DNA of 64,000 nt from Felis catus (GCF_018350175.1 NC_058368.1:4526001-4590000); one strand, 5' to 3'. Numbered from the stretch's first letter, positions 49,598 to 63,285 are shown. The notes: generated by a model from the sequence alone, not told the origin. Numbers and translations: made by a program.

Positions 49598-51770
49598 GGC
49601 ATCTCACCATTTAAAGCTATATGTCACTAATTTCCCTTAAATGATGTCACTTAATTTCCCTTAATGTATCATAATAAAAAGGATTTTCCGTAGGCTTTTT
49701 TTTTCCTTTTTTTTTTTAGTGTGGGTATTTTATTTGGATTATAGAGTGCTTGGAATGGGATGGGTTATAAGTATATGTCCTACGATTCTAAGTGAGGGCG
49801 GGAACTCATAGGATCCCAGATCAGCTACTACTTTTTAAGGAGCTCAAAGTAAGAACAAGAAAATCTTTACACATTTAGAAAGAAGTCTGAGCACTAATGA
49901 CATTCTTCTCTTTTTGTTAAAACACTAAAAAGACAATGTTTTAGTTACTTAGAAATCGTAAATTTGTATTTCTAATCTACCTAAAATTGTATTTTCAGGT
50001 TAGTAAAGAAGGCATTGTTATACCCATTTTGGAGACGAGAACCCAGTTCACAGAGAAGGCACCAGATTTAATGAAAGACAGGGAATGTGAGAGATCAGGC
50101 ACTTCGTTCAATTTCATCTTTGCAAGGCCAGCACTAGACATGACGTGCCCCCCGTTTATAGATATAAGTAAGGAAAACGCAGTACGGTTTATTGCAAAAA
50201 CTCTCAGCAGCAACTTGCACAAACACCGGACCTCAGTAACATTGCTCCATAAAAAGCCTCGGTGTGCTTATCACTTTTACATCTCTCCACTTCCGGATGC
50301 TGCTTCCCCTCGCACTTCCTCTCTGGGCTGCTGGTAGGTCCTCATCAGTGTGTGCACATGCCCGTTTCCCCAGACTCTTCCTCTCTGCTGCTTCCTCCCG
50401 TTTCCCGTATCACATCTCACCTTTACTCTCGTTCACAGCTCCACTCCCTTCTCTCTCCTCGTTGCCCACACTTTTCCCTTAAACTGATCACATACGGAAC
50501 GCAAACACTGTGGTTTTGTTTGACTTCCTGAATCATGTTTGGTTTCTTCTCCTGAATTTTTAGAACGAGTGGGTGGAATAATCTTTCTTTCTCCAAAGCT
50601 TCCTTTTCTTTTACAGACCTTGCTGGTGGTGGCGGTGTGTGTGGGGGGGGGGGGGGGGGGCAGGGGCTGTACTAGCATTAAGGGGATGGCGGGGACCGTA
50701 CCAGCCTTACAGGGATGGTGGGGACTGTTTTAACATTACGGAGGTGGCAGGGACTGGACCAGCATTGTAGGGGTGCACGTTAAAAATGGCCCTTCCACCA
50801 CCTGGGTGTTCTAATTCTGTCTCCCTAACTTTCTAGGGTGCACACGTCTTTTCCTACCACACTTAGGCTAGTTCAGGAATAAACAGTAAGGTTGAGGGAC
50901 TTCTACGGTGGGCCGAGCAAGGAGAGGAAAGAGGCAGCCTCTGACTTGGTGTGAAATAAGTAACTGGCCAAACACTCATCACTCACCTAACGACCACCTT
51001 AAAAATCATGCATGGTCAGGCTGGCTCCGCTCCACCTTTCAAAGTTTCCTCTAGTTCAGGGACCATGCCGGGAAGGGACAGACGCCATCATAAACTTGTC
51101 CCTTCCCTTCTTAGACCCCAGATTTGGACTTCGCCTGGAGGTGGACGGGGCCTGGGCAAGAAACAGAAGGAAAGTGGGAACGTATTTACTGGGTTTGTCC
51201 TTCTGTGGCTCAGGGGCACAAATACATGTTAATGCTGGGTGACATTCTTACTAACAAGCTGCATCTTTAAGACACAAGGTTCCAAGCTGTAGGAAGACAG
51301 TGGTTGTTGGAATTCTGACAGCAAATGAAACACAAATGATTAACCAAAAACTGTTCTGATTGTTAGCAAATGAGATTACACACACATAGAGAATTTTGAC
51401 ACACCTCTTAAAAACTAAAGAAAAAGAGAGAAGAAAAGAAACAAATGCAATCTGGAAAACTGTGGCCTTGTCCCTTGGGTTCAGGGGATAGATAGGCCAT
51501 TTGCTAAGAAAAATATTATACAGTATTAAAAACATTTAAAAATATGTTAATGCTTCTTAACGCCTTGAAGTAAAAGGGGCGTGCAGTGGACTTCAACTGT
51601 CCTTGCCTGGTGAAACTGATGATAAAAATGCTAAAACAGAGCTGGTGAATCTACAACTTGTTTTATAGGCAGAATCGCTCATTCACTAGAAATGCAAATA
51701 TTGAGGTTCATGAGGGAACACAATTTAATACGCTTAGCCCGATTCTGTACGCGTTAAGAAGGCACTTAAG

Positions 51771-52000
51771 GGGGCGCCTGGGTGGCGCAGTCGGTTAAGC
51801 ATCCAACTTCAGCCAGGTCACGATCTCGCGGTCCGGGAGTTCGAGCCCCGCGTCGGGCTCTGGGCTGATGGCTCGGAGCCTGGAACCTGTTTCCGATTCT
51901 GTGTCTCCCTCTCTCTCTGCCCCTCCCCCGTTCATGCTCTGTCTCTCTCTGTCCCAAAAAAATAAATAAACGTTGAAAAAAAAAATTAAAAAAAAAAAAA
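51771..52000 (+). mobile_element. Young felid SINE
   Basis: Perfect TSD aagaaggcacttaag (51756-51770 / 52001-52015). Confidence 0.94.
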
Positions 52001-52028
52001 AAGAAGGCACTTAAGTATGAACATTTTA

Positions 52029-52253
52029 TTTATTTATTTTTATTTTTAAAATTTTTTATTTATTTTTGAGACAGAGAGAGACAGAGCATGAACGGGGGAG
52101 GGTCAGAGATAGAGGGAGACACAGAATCGGAAGCAGGCTCCAGGCTCTGAGCTGCCAGCCCAGAGCCCGACGTGGGGCTCGAACTCATGGACTGCGAGAT
52201 CGTGACCTGAGCTGAAGTCGGACGCCCAACCAACTGAGCCAGCCAGGCGCCCC
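52029..52253 (-). mobile_element. Felid SINE, tail-to-tail with the previous copy
   Basis: Perfect TSD aagtatgaacatttta (52013-52028 / 52254-52269). Confidence 0.94.
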
Positions 52254-52641
52254 AAGTATGAACATTTTAGACACCACTGACGACTTAGAATACCAGACTG
52301 AGAAAGCAGTGTAGCTGAGGTCATCCTCATTTTATGCAAAATCAAGAAATGAAGTCTGCGTGACTGTGGTGAGCCCCATCCTGACTGTGCCCCATGCCCC
52401 TGACATCGTGGGAGGGCGGTCACCACTGACCCTGTGTGAGCACAGGGCTGATGAGGAATTTCCTCCCCAGGCCTGTGTAATAATCACCTAAGGCAATTCC
52501 ATTTTCTGGGCTTATCTAAAAACTCAGGCCATACTACTAAGTCAACAGTGGCAAGACGGTGGTGAGTTTGACACCCAAGCAGAGAAAATAATAGAACTGT
52601 AAGCTGTACTTTATGCCTGGACTCATTAAGAGTGAAGACAC

Positions 52642-52833
52642 ATTTTTCAGAGAGAGAGACAGAGTGTGAGCAGGGGAGGGGCAGAGAGAGAGAGGGAGAC
52701 ACAGGATCCAAAGCAGGCTCCAGGCTCCGAGCTGTCGGCACCGAGCCCGACGCGGGGCTCGAACTCACGAACCACAAGATCATGACCTGAGCTGAAGTCG
52801 GACGCTTAACCAACTGAGCCACCCAGGCACCCC
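52642..52833 (-). mobile_element. Carnivore SINE
   Basis: Reverse SINEC; TSD aagagtgaagaca. Confidence 0.9.
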
Positions 52834-54050
52834 AAGAGTGAAGACATATTCTAAAACCATCATATTATAAAATTAACATATACAATGATCCCATCTTAAC
52901 ATCTTGAAATGTATCTCTGAAATGCATGCTGAGGAATACAGAGGTCTACTCAAACTTTCTTTTTTTAAACTTATAAAAAGCATGATTTTATAAAAACTAA
53001 CTTACTTTCCTCTTTTCCAAGTACTTACTGAGCACAACTAAATATTCCAAAATCATGAACCATGTTTTAGATTTGAATATATTAGAAATCCACTGTTTTT
53101 CTAAACCCTTTTGAACATTATAGATTTCTTTCCTAATCTGTTTTGACTTTTCTTGTACAGAGAAGGTAAAAGGACCCAGGACAAGAGGGTAAAGAAAAAT
53201 GGGCAGCAGATGACGAGGTCCCGGCTGATTCTCTAGTGGAAGAAGATGGAGAGAAATGTCTGTTCACAGCATTGCTGGCATGTCCAGCCATGAATGACAG
53301 CAAACAAACATTCAAATCAATGGCCCCACGTGACTTCAGAATCACGAAAACTAAGGGTTTCTAGATTAAAATGCAGAATAGCAACTTCACAAACCATGAG
53401 TAATTAAAAATGCTTCATGCATGTATAAAGGGGTGAATGGCTGAGTTGATGGATAACTGAGCGAATTAATGGACAGTTCTGGGTGGCAAAGAAGCTGTTC
53501 CCTCCCTACATTCAGGTGTGATTTTGTAAAAATGAGCCTGATTTAAGTTATTGCTTAGTTATTATCACTAAGTATTTCGAAACCCATAACCATGTTTTAG
53601 ACCAGGAAACAACCATCCGTTCCTGTCTCCTTCATAGCTATTTGAATTGTGCCACCCTGAAAACAAACCGACTACATTTTTCCTCCCCTTCTTGTCAACA
53701 ACCCAGTTTTGAAGGCGCCCTACTTAGTTTCAGATGTGAACTACAAGGTAATGGGATCTTTTCCAAAAGTAAGTGTCCCCTGCTGGCAACAGAATGTAAA
53801 AAGAAAGATTTGGGACTTTGAAGAAAATCTCTCTTCTGCATTTCAGTTTAAGCTCGCAGCATTACTGTGCTGGAAGGAGAAAGAGAGAAGGCGAACAGGA
53901 GGCAATGAACGAAGAGCACACAGTGACGGCGAGTTGGACGAAAGAACCCAGAAGAGGCAGAGGAAGTAATGGCATCACATGGATTCTCTCTTCCAGCAAC
54001 ACTCACTGATGGCGGATTGCGTCACTTGCCTTGAAACTTGCAAGGGTCCA

Positions 54051-54208
54051 GGGGCACCTGGGTGGCTCAGTCGGTTGAGCATCCGACTCTTGATTCAGGC
54101 TCTGGTCATGATCTTACCGTTTCATTAGTTCGAGCCCCGCATCAGGCCCGGCTTGCGCTCTCTCTGTGTCTCTCAAAATAAATAAACTTTAAAAACAAAT
54201 AAATGAGT
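54051..54208 (+). mobile_element. Carnivore SINE (internally shortened)
   Basis: TSD cttgcaagggtccag. Confidence 0.85.
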
Positions 54209-54457
54209 AAGCTTGCAAGGGTCCAGCCAATGAACCTAATCAAGAAAACACTGACCCTAAATTGGATGTGTTGTTCACCAGGAATGCTTCTGCTGTGAGT
54301 GCCTGGCCTGTCTGTACAGGGACAGTCGCAAAGGTAAGGCGAGACCTACAGACAGCACCAGCGGCATTTCTCTTTATTTCTACTGAGGGATCTGAGAACG
54401 TGTCCTGGTGCAAACAAAACATCTTGAAAATGTTTAATTCAAAACTTGGCAGTGGGA

Positions 54458-54686
54458 GGGGCGCCTGGGTGGCGCAGTCGGTTAAGCGTCCGACTTCAGC
54501 CAGGTCACGATCTCGCGGTCCGTGAGTTCAAGCCCCGCGTCAGGCTCTGGGCTGATGGCTCAGAGCCTGGAGCCTGTTTCCGATTCTGTGTCTCCCTGTC
54601 TCTCTGCCCCTCCCCCATTCATGCTCTGTCTCTCTCTGTCCCAAAAATAAATTAAAATGTTGGAAAAAAAAAATTAAAAAAAAAAA
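54458..54686 (+). mobile_element. Young felid SINE
   Basis: TSD aaaacttggcagtggga; long A tail. Confidence 0.93.
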
Positions 54687-55661
54687 AAACTTGGCAGTGG
54701 GAGAATTATAGATGAATAATTTATAACACAAAAAGAGTAAAAATATAACACCAAGTATACAACAGAAGTTTGTTATAAGCAAATGTGTAAAAATGTATAT
54801 TACACATTGGAGAACGGGGCTGGAACACCTGACCTCAGTCACAAACTGTATTTAAGGCTCCAGGCCTCCTGTCTCCCCACCTGTGGGGCTGACCTACAAG
54901 AAATGGCGGTACACAGACCTAGGGTCGCACCACTGTCCACTGTCCAAGGTGGCGTGCTTCAACCCTGTGTCAAGTCAACTACCAAAAGAAGCTGCCGGAA
55001 GCTAAGTTGAGCTGCTGAGCCCATCCTCAGTAGCCAAAAAAACCTCACCTAGAAGAAAACGAAGAGGAAAGGCTCTGACTTGGGCAAGACTAACTGTGGC
55101 AGGAACTGGCCCACGCTCAGTGGGAAGAACGCCAATCATGGAGTCAAAAAAGAAAATGGAATGGAAATGTATCAAATATACCAGTGTTGGAAACAGGGCC
55201 TTTACGAATCCCATCTCATTTAATTAAAACAACCTACGCAGTAGATACTTACAGGCTTCTGTTTTACAAATAAGAGACATGATGAGATTCCACCAAAGAT
55301 CTGGAAACTAGCAAATGGCTAGAATTTAATTCTATGTGCCAGCTGCCAAGCAGATGGTGTTTTTTGGGCTTTCCTCCCCATTCTGAGACCTGGTTCTAGG
55401 CCCAGCTGCCACTCAGCGGCTGTGTGACTCTGGCAGAAGGGTCTTACAACCTTTCTAAGCCTCAGTTTACCCATCTCTTAAGGCAAATACAAAAATGCTG
55501 GCCTACTTCGCAGGGTGGCTATGAAAACCAAATGCAACAATGTTATGTGACTTTTATTAGCTTAAAAACTGTTATATAAATGCAAGAGGTTACTACTGAT
55601 ACTTGTATTTCTAATCTATTTTTTTACTGATACTTTTGTTTTTAAGAGACAATTACATTTT

Positions 55662-55687
55662 TTTTCATGTTTTTGTTTTGTTTTTTC

Positions 55688-55736
<49 letters not shown>

Positions 55737-55888
55737 GCAGAGAGAGAAGGAGACACAGAATCCAAAGCAGGCTCCAGGGTCCAAGCTGTCAGCACAGAGC
55801 CCGACTCAGGGCTCACACTCACAAACCATGAGATCATGATGTGGGCCAAAGTTGGACACTTAACTTGACTGGGCCAGCCAGGTGCCCC
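55662..55888 (-). mobile_element. Carnivore SINE with expanded (GA)n
   Basis: TSD aagagacaattacattttt / aagagacagttacattttt. Confidence 0.88.
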
Positions 55889-55969
55889 AAGAGACAGTTA
55901 CATTTTTAGACTTCCAAGTGAGTTGGTAAAATTCCGGTTTCCAGCACTGGGTGGAGCAACTGCTCAACA

Positions 55970-56562
55970 TATTTTTTTTTTTAGATTCTTAAAATTGTTT
56001 TTTTGCGGGGGCGCCTGGGTGGCTCAGTTGGTTAAGCGTCTGACTTCAGCTCAGATCACGATCTCGCGGTCCGTGAGTTCGAGCCTCGCGTCGGGCTCTG
56101 GGCTGATGGCTCAGAGCCTGGAGCCTGCTTCCGATTCTGTGTCTCCCTCTCTCTCTGCCCCTCCCCCGTTCATGCTCTGTTTCTCTCTGTCTCAAAAATA
56201 AAGAAACATTAAAAAAAAATTGTTTTTTGGGGCGCCTGGGTGGCGCAGTCGGTTAAGCGTCCGACTTCAGCCAGGTCACGATCTCGCGGTCCGTGAGTTT
56301 GAGCCCCGCGTCAGGCTCTGGGCTGATGGCTCAGAGCCTGGAGCCTGTTTCCGATTCTGTGTCTCCCTCTCTCTCTGCCCCTCCCCCGTTCATGCTCTGT
56401 CTCTCTCTGTCCCAAAAATAAATAAACGTTGAAAAAAAAATTTTTTTTTAATTGTTTTTTTTTTTTTTTTTAAGTAATCTCTACACCCAACGTGGGGCTC
56501 AAACTCACAACCTTAAGATCAAGAGTTGCATGCCCCATCGACGGAGCCAGCCGGGAGCACCT
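55970..56562. mobile_element. Nested SINE stack: two + copies (56007-~56218, 56229-~56450) inside the tail of a short - copy (head ~56472-56561)
   Basis: aattgtttttt recurs at ~55993, ~56218 and ~56450; ctcaaca flanks the whole stack. Confidence 0.82.
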
Positions 56563-57643
56563 TCTCAACACGCATCAGAGCAAATTCTTTATACCACCAT
56601 TTCTTGATTAAAAAGTTTTAATTTCACTCTTTTGCCAAAAGGAAATGTTTGTATTCTGTATGAATTCATATCCATTTGGTAATATAAATTCACATCCAAC
56701 TGATTAATACAGTTCAATGAGAGAAATAGGATTGTAGGCTACCTTTTAACTTTTTCAGGAACAACTCTTACCTAAGCAAGAGTTAACTGGGGTACATCTG
56801 CGAAGAGAAAAGCCCAAACCTAAAATACAGAACACTTAAAACCTAGAGGAGCCTACAAACTTAATACCTACAGCCTCAGCCTGGACAGCAGATCTCAAAC
56901 TTCAGTGGGGCAAAAATAATTCCCCCGGGTAGCATGTTAAAAGTCCTGATTACCGGATCTGGACTCCAGTGATTCGAATTAAGTAGCTCCAGGTGGCCTC
57001 AAGGATCTGTACTGTTAGCTTGTATCTTCATTCCAAACTTTGAGAAACTCCAGTTAGACAATCAGAAGTAATTTGCAAAGTTTAACTGGTCTGTGTTGAA
57101 GTATCTGACCAAAAGCACCAATCTTAACGATAACAAAGATTGTGATTATGATAAAGCCAGCTTTATTGAGTTTAATGTGTTCCAGGCATTGTGGTATCTC
57201 CTAAGCACTATTTCATTTAATCCTGGTAAGTACTATTAACTCCATTTTTAAGGAAACTGAGGCTTATGTAGGTCAAGGATACAGCTGGTTAGTAGGGAAA
57301 CCAGGATTTGAACTTAGCCTGACTACAAAGCCCACCGATTTTTTATCCCAGAGTTCCTCCACCACTCAAAAATGTTGGCATTGGTGGCTGGCAACCGCAT
57401 CAGTGCTGGTTTCCTAGGAATTTACCATCTGTGAGTGTTCTTCCCTCTGCAACTTATCCGAGCGTCCCCACCCCCTCCCCAGCTTTACTGCCATTATTCT
57501 AAATGAAGGCAACGTTCCCAATGGTCATTTGTTCCTGGACTGTGAGTGGTGGGAGAAACACAGGTAACATTTAGTTTATATAGCAACACGTGGCAATTTG
57601 CCGTTAGGCGTTTCTGCCAATTAAATCTATGGTAGTCCTTCCA

Positions 57644-57657
57644 GTTGCCATGGCAAC
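57644..57657. promoter_or_regulatory. Perfect palindromic RFX X-box GTTGCCATGGCAAC
   Basis: Exact match to the RFX consensus, inside the 18-bp palindrome 57642-57659, in sequence I do not recognise as repeat. Confidence 0.6.
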
Positions 57658-58876
57658 TGTGTGTCACATGAACGTGTGGAAAAGTGATTCCCAACCTTGG
57701 ATGCTCTTTGATCTTAATTATTACAGGGAAGTTAAGATGAGGAAAATGAACCAGGAGAAAAAGATATACTGGCATCGTAATCATCAAGCTAAAATTTCCC
57801 CCCCAAAATACTGACACTCTTTTTCTGTATTTTATAGCTTTATTAAGGTCTTATTATGCATTAGTTATGCACAAATTAAAACGAGGCACCAAATAAAAGT
57901 AAATATTAAAACCTTAACAGATACACTATAATACCGTTTCATATCATTTAAGTATTTCATTTGTTTAGGAAGTTTAACAGGAATAGCATTAATATGGTAC
58001 AATTATGAATATGATACATTACTATAACTAATACCTGACTACATATGGTTATTATGGTAATTCTATAAAAACTAGACTCCTGCTCAGTATATATAGGGAT
58101 GTAATTCTGTCTCCTTCTTCCTCCTTCGTTTTTTCATTTTTAAAGCAATCTTTTTTTAAGCTAAGTTCTAAACCCAATATGGGGCACAAAGAGTTGCATG
58201 CTCTACCGAATGAACCAGCCAGGTGCCCATTTACCCCCTTGTTTCTAATGGGAAAATCCTACTTGATGACATTGCACCAAACAAAAACTGTTCTAGAAAC
58301 AAGCCACTTTAAAGTTCAAGAATGACATGATTATGTGTATAGACTGTTCTTTAGATTCTCCATTTTTAGAAATAATTTTAGAAGTGGCTTCTTAAATATA
58401 TAAAGTTCAGTAGCCTGTCAAACACTGACCACCCATTCAGAAATACTTTGAAACCTTCACTGCAAAAGAGATACCCCTGTTTATGTAATGATGAACATAA
58501 ATCTGTTTTAGAGCAAGTGGAAACTTCTTTTTAAAAAGACAGAAAATGATGACTTAATTGTTAAAAGGCTACCTTCACATTTAGGCTCATGACCTGTATT
58601 TTATGATTTCATAATATTTCTGCAAGAGCTCTTTTTCTCTTTCCTTCTTCTGCAAAAAGGAAAATAAACCAACACAAAACACCTTAGGAGAAACTACACA
58701 CAAACTAGCACAAGGATGACTAACAGAAAGCACACCAATTCCCTTTACGACATCCCACAGGGTGATGCTGAACAAATACCCACCCCAGGGTTGCCCACTT
58801 AGGGAATACGGTATAGCAGGTGTCCTCATAACGAAATGTTAACTTCACTAGAAAAATATTTTTAAAAGCACAAATA

Positions 58877-59113
58877 GGGGCCGCCTGGGTGGCTCGGTCC
58901 GTTGAGCATCCAACTCTTGATTTCAGCTCAGGTCATGATCCCAGGGTTATGGTACCGAGCCCGGCATTGGACTCCACATTGAGCGTGGAGCCTGCTTAAG
59001 ATTCTCTCTGTCCCTCTGTCCTTCTCCCCCAGCTTGTGTCCTCTTCTCTCCCTCTCTCTCTAAAAAAAAATAAAATAAAATAAAAAAATAAAAAAATAAA
59101 AATAAAAATAAAT
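58877..59113 (+). mobile_element. Carnivore SINE (older)
   Basis: SINEC head, (TAAAA)n tail; TSD aagcacaaa. Confidence 0.85.
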
Positions 59114-59229
59114 AAGCACAAAAAATATCATATTTTCAAATGATCTTTCCAATTTTAATTGCAATTTCCGTGATTCAAGTTCTAGAGCATCTATGTCAGA
59201 GAAAACTGAGAACCCAGTGGAGTATGGAA

Positions 59230-60995
59230 ACTTACATTCTCTGTAACATGAAAACTGTGGACCGTTCAACAAATTGTTGAAGGTGGGATATGAATGGAGG
59301 TGGGATAACTCAATGTCCACATGACAAAAAAAAATGAACCTAGGCCTTTACCTCACATTGTACACAAAAATTAACTAAAAATGGACCATTTGCCATTTAA
59401 GAAACAAAACAAATGAACAAAAGGAAAAAGAGAGAGAGAGGGGCAGACCAAGAAACAGATTCTCAACTAAAGAGAACAAATGGTTACCAGAGGGGAAGTG
59501 GGTACGGGGATGGGGGAAATAGGGGGTTAAGAACACTGAGAAATGTACAGAATTGCTGAATCACTTTATTGTGCACCTGGAACTAATATAACACTGTATG
59601 TTAACTATACTGGAATTATAATCAAAAACGAAAGAAAAAAAAACACAGAGCATAGATGTAAATGTAAAAGCTAAAACCGTAGCACTTCCAGAAGACAGGA
59701 GAAAATCTTTGTGATTTCCGTCAATATAGACATTTTTGCTCTTCAAAGGACATAATCAAGAAAATAAGAGGCAGGGGTGCCTGCGTGGCTCAGTCGGTTA
59801 AGCGTCCGACTTCGGCTCAGGTCATGATCTCATGGTTCATGGGTTCAATCCCCACATCGGGCTCTGTGCTGACAGCTCAGAGCCTGGAGCCTGCTTCAGA
59901 TTCTGTGTCTCCCTCTCTCTCTGCCCCTCCCCTGCTCATGCTCTGTTTCTCTCTCTCTCTCTCTCAAAATAAATATTTTAAAAACTTAAAAAAAAACAAA
60001 AAGAAAAGAAAAGACAACCCAGGGATGGTGAGAAAACATTTGCAAGTCATGTACCTGGTAAAAAACTGTATCCAGAATATATAAAGAAATCTTACTGCTC
60101 AATGAAACCAAAAATGCAGTGAACTTACGAGCAAAAGATCTGAAAAGACACTTCACCAAATAAGATAAATGAATGGCTAATAAAGAAGATGCTTGTCATT
60201 ACGGATGCATTAGTCACTAGGGAAACACTAACTAAAATCAAAGTCAGATGTCACTACATACCCACATAAAGGGCTAGAATCCAAACTACTGATGATACCA
60301 AGTACTGGCAAGGACGTAGAGAAACTGGAACCTGACACATTGCCGGTGGAAATCTACAACAGGACAACTGTTTTAGAAAACAACGTGGCAGTTCCTGAAA
60401 TGGTTAAACACAGAAGCACCGAACAACCCAGAAACTCACCTCCTACCTATCTACCCAAGAGGATGAAAAAATATGTCCATACAAGTTGTGCATAAGTATT
60501 CATAGCAGCCCCAAAGTGGCAAGAACTCTAACGTCTAACAACTGGTGAGCGGATGAACAAAGTGTGGGATTATCCACACAACCGATTATCAGTCAGCCTT
60601 AGAAGAGAAATGAAGTGCTGATGTGTGCTGCAACATGAATGAGCTTTGAAAGCAATATACTGGGTGAAGGTAGCCAAGTCTCCTTCAGGGGTGATGGAAA
60701 TGTTCTAAAACTACAGTGGTGATGCGATGCATGACTCCAACAAATTTACGACAAACCACCGAACTGCTCACTTAAAAAAATATCGAGACAGAGTACAGAT
60801 CAGTAGTTGCCTAGGTCTTTACTGGGAGCAGGAAATGACAGCAGAGGGCATGGGGGACCTTTCTGGGGGAATGGAAGGGTTCTACAATTTGACTGTGGCA
60901 GGGCCTGCACAACTCTATCAATTTCCTAAAAATCATTAAGCTGTATACTCACAATTGGGGAGTTTCACGTTATGTAAATTATACCTCAATAAAAC
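59230..60995 (+). mobile_element. Old LINE-1 3' region with a nested L1 3' UTR fragment (~59395-59640) and a SINE (59774-60010)
   Basis: L1 ORF2-like segments (tacctcacattgtacacaaaaattaactaaaaatggaccat; agacacttcaccaaa; ggcaaggacgtagagaaactggaac) and 3' end aaattatacctcaataaa. Confidence 0.82.
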
Positions 60996-61267
60996 TCCTA
61001 AAAAGCCTTGGGCAGACTTTCTAGGGTCATTACATTCACTTCTATATGTGCGACCTCATCTTTCTGATTCTAGGGATGGTTCTGTGACATAGCTGTGGAT
61101 AACTCCTAATCTCCAGAAGAATTGTTTAAATCTCTCAACTAGCTGTGTGAGTAACCCAGTCATGCCTGAGAAATTTGCAAAGAGTCAAAATGATGTGAGG
61201 TATCTGTATCTCTGAATAAGTCACATGAAAAACAGACCTTTGCCGCTATCATTATGCGTTAAGTACC

Positions 61268-61302
<35 letters not shown>
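61268..61302. repeat. (CAT)n microsatellite, about 11 units
   Basis: Directly visible. Confidence 0.95.
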
Positions 61303-61304
<2 letters not shown>

Positions 61305-61892
61305 CCCCACAATTTGTAATGCACATTGCAACCAGGCCTGACGTTAGCCCCTGCTCACCTACTGGATTATTCCAGTACTGTAAGTCGGAAGGAAGTTTTA
61401 CTTTAGTGACACTGTACCTTGTGGTGCCACAAAATACCCTCCTTTTTCTGAGGCAGGAACAAAAACGCAAGTAGTGCTTCTGGGGTGGGGGCCACCCCAG
61501 TGGGTGGTGGGCAAGCTAAAACCCCACGTGGTAACAACGCGTATACTACAAAATCTCCCAGTCAGGCGTTCAATCGCTTTAACTGTAGAAGATCAGATTG
61601 TATGATGGCTTCCAACAATTTTGAAGCTACAAATCCCTGAGGAAGAAAATGATAAAATCCTAAAACACTGGAGTGTTTGAGTAAACGGAGGCTTAGAAAA
61701 GGAAAGGGATTTTCCACCAGGAACCAGAATGTTTGTGGAAGGGCTAGGATAATAACCTAAATTCAGCTCTGGGTTTTGTTTTCATGGCTTGACTACTGAT
61801 TCCAACACAAAAGCATCCTCTGAATCACTCATCACCTTTGACTTCGCTCTTCCCCAAAACATTCAACTGCTGGTTAAAAATACAAACTGTGA

Positions 61893-62131
61893 GGGGTGCC
61901 TGGGTGGCTCAGTCGGTTAAGCGTCCGACTTCGGCTCAGGTCATGATCTTGTGGTTTGTGGGTTCAAGCCCCGCGTCGGGCTCTTTGCTGGCAGCTCAGA
62001 GCCTGGAGCCTGCTTCGGATTCTGTGTCTCCCTCTCTCTCTGCCCCTCCCCCACTCGTGCTCACTCTCTCTCTGTCTCTTTCTCTCTGTCAAAAATAAAT
62101 AAAACGCTAAAAAAGATATCTTTTAATAAAT
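61893..62131 (+). mobile_element. Carnivore SINE
   Basis: SINEC structure; TSD aaactgtgag. Confidence 0.9.
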
Positions 62132-63285
62132 AAACTGTGAGATCATTTTGAGATGCAAACCCTCCTCTCCCTTACCATGGTTTTAGCACAGATCTCATCT
62201 CCTCTGGACTAGACTACCGAGGACTGTTCTGTCCCAGGACTGCCCCCATACCAATCCTCTCTACGGAGCTCGTCCCCTTCTGTGGTTCCTGGTAAACACC
62301 TCTGTGGCTTTCTACTGCTTGCAGGGTAAAGTCCAAACTCCAAGCAAGGGCTTTCCTAACTTCGTAAGACCTATTTTTACAATCTTATCTCCCACTTCTC
62401 CACCCAACCAACCACCCTGTACAAAAGTTAACCAACCACCCTGTACAAAGAGAACGTGCAGTTCCCTTAGCACCACAGATTATCATCTTTGGGGACACTT
62501 ACTATATGCAAAGCTCAGTGTGGAGTTCTCTACCTGCATCACCTCATTTTATCTTCACAACAACCCCATGTGACAGGCAGGTACCCTCGCCACCCCCAGT
62601 TTACAGGGGAGGAAAAGAAGGCTTAGATAACTCCTCTGGCTGACTTTCTCCCTATGTCTATAGTACCTGTCCCTCCCGCACGCTCTTCCACTTGGCCTAA
62701 AAACCCTGCAGCCCCTCAAGTGCTGCCCCCTGCATCTTTTTTCAAGACCCCACTCAACTGTCTTCCTCCAGTTATACAACTCTTTATCCAGAGTTAAAAA
62801 TTCTATCTTTGGTGCTTTCATGGTACTTTGTATGTTCCTCACTGGAAACGTCACACTACATCATAATATCTGTATCCATTCCAATAATATCTGTATCTAT
62901 TCCAGTCTATCAATTAGAATATGAATCTATCAGAACAAGAATAGCTATTCTCTTTAACTCTTTCTTTTCTCTATGTTTGGCATACAAAGCAGGTAGGTAA
63001 ATACTGAATGACAAGGTACATTAGTCTTTATAATGCGTTGTTTCATTCACTCCTCTTCCTTCCTTATATATTCTATTTCCATCTGCACATTTTTAGAGCC
63101 TTATTACCTCTGAGCTCTCTTTGGCAATAAATTCCTGCTAGCTTTCTCCCTGGTCACTTTTCTTTCCAATTCTCTTCTTTACCGATGGTGGATTAACTTC
63201 CTCAAAACACAGTTCTGCTCGGCTCTTCTCTATTCAAAAATATCCTTGACTCTGTGGTGCTTACCAAGGAATGTATAGATTCTTT

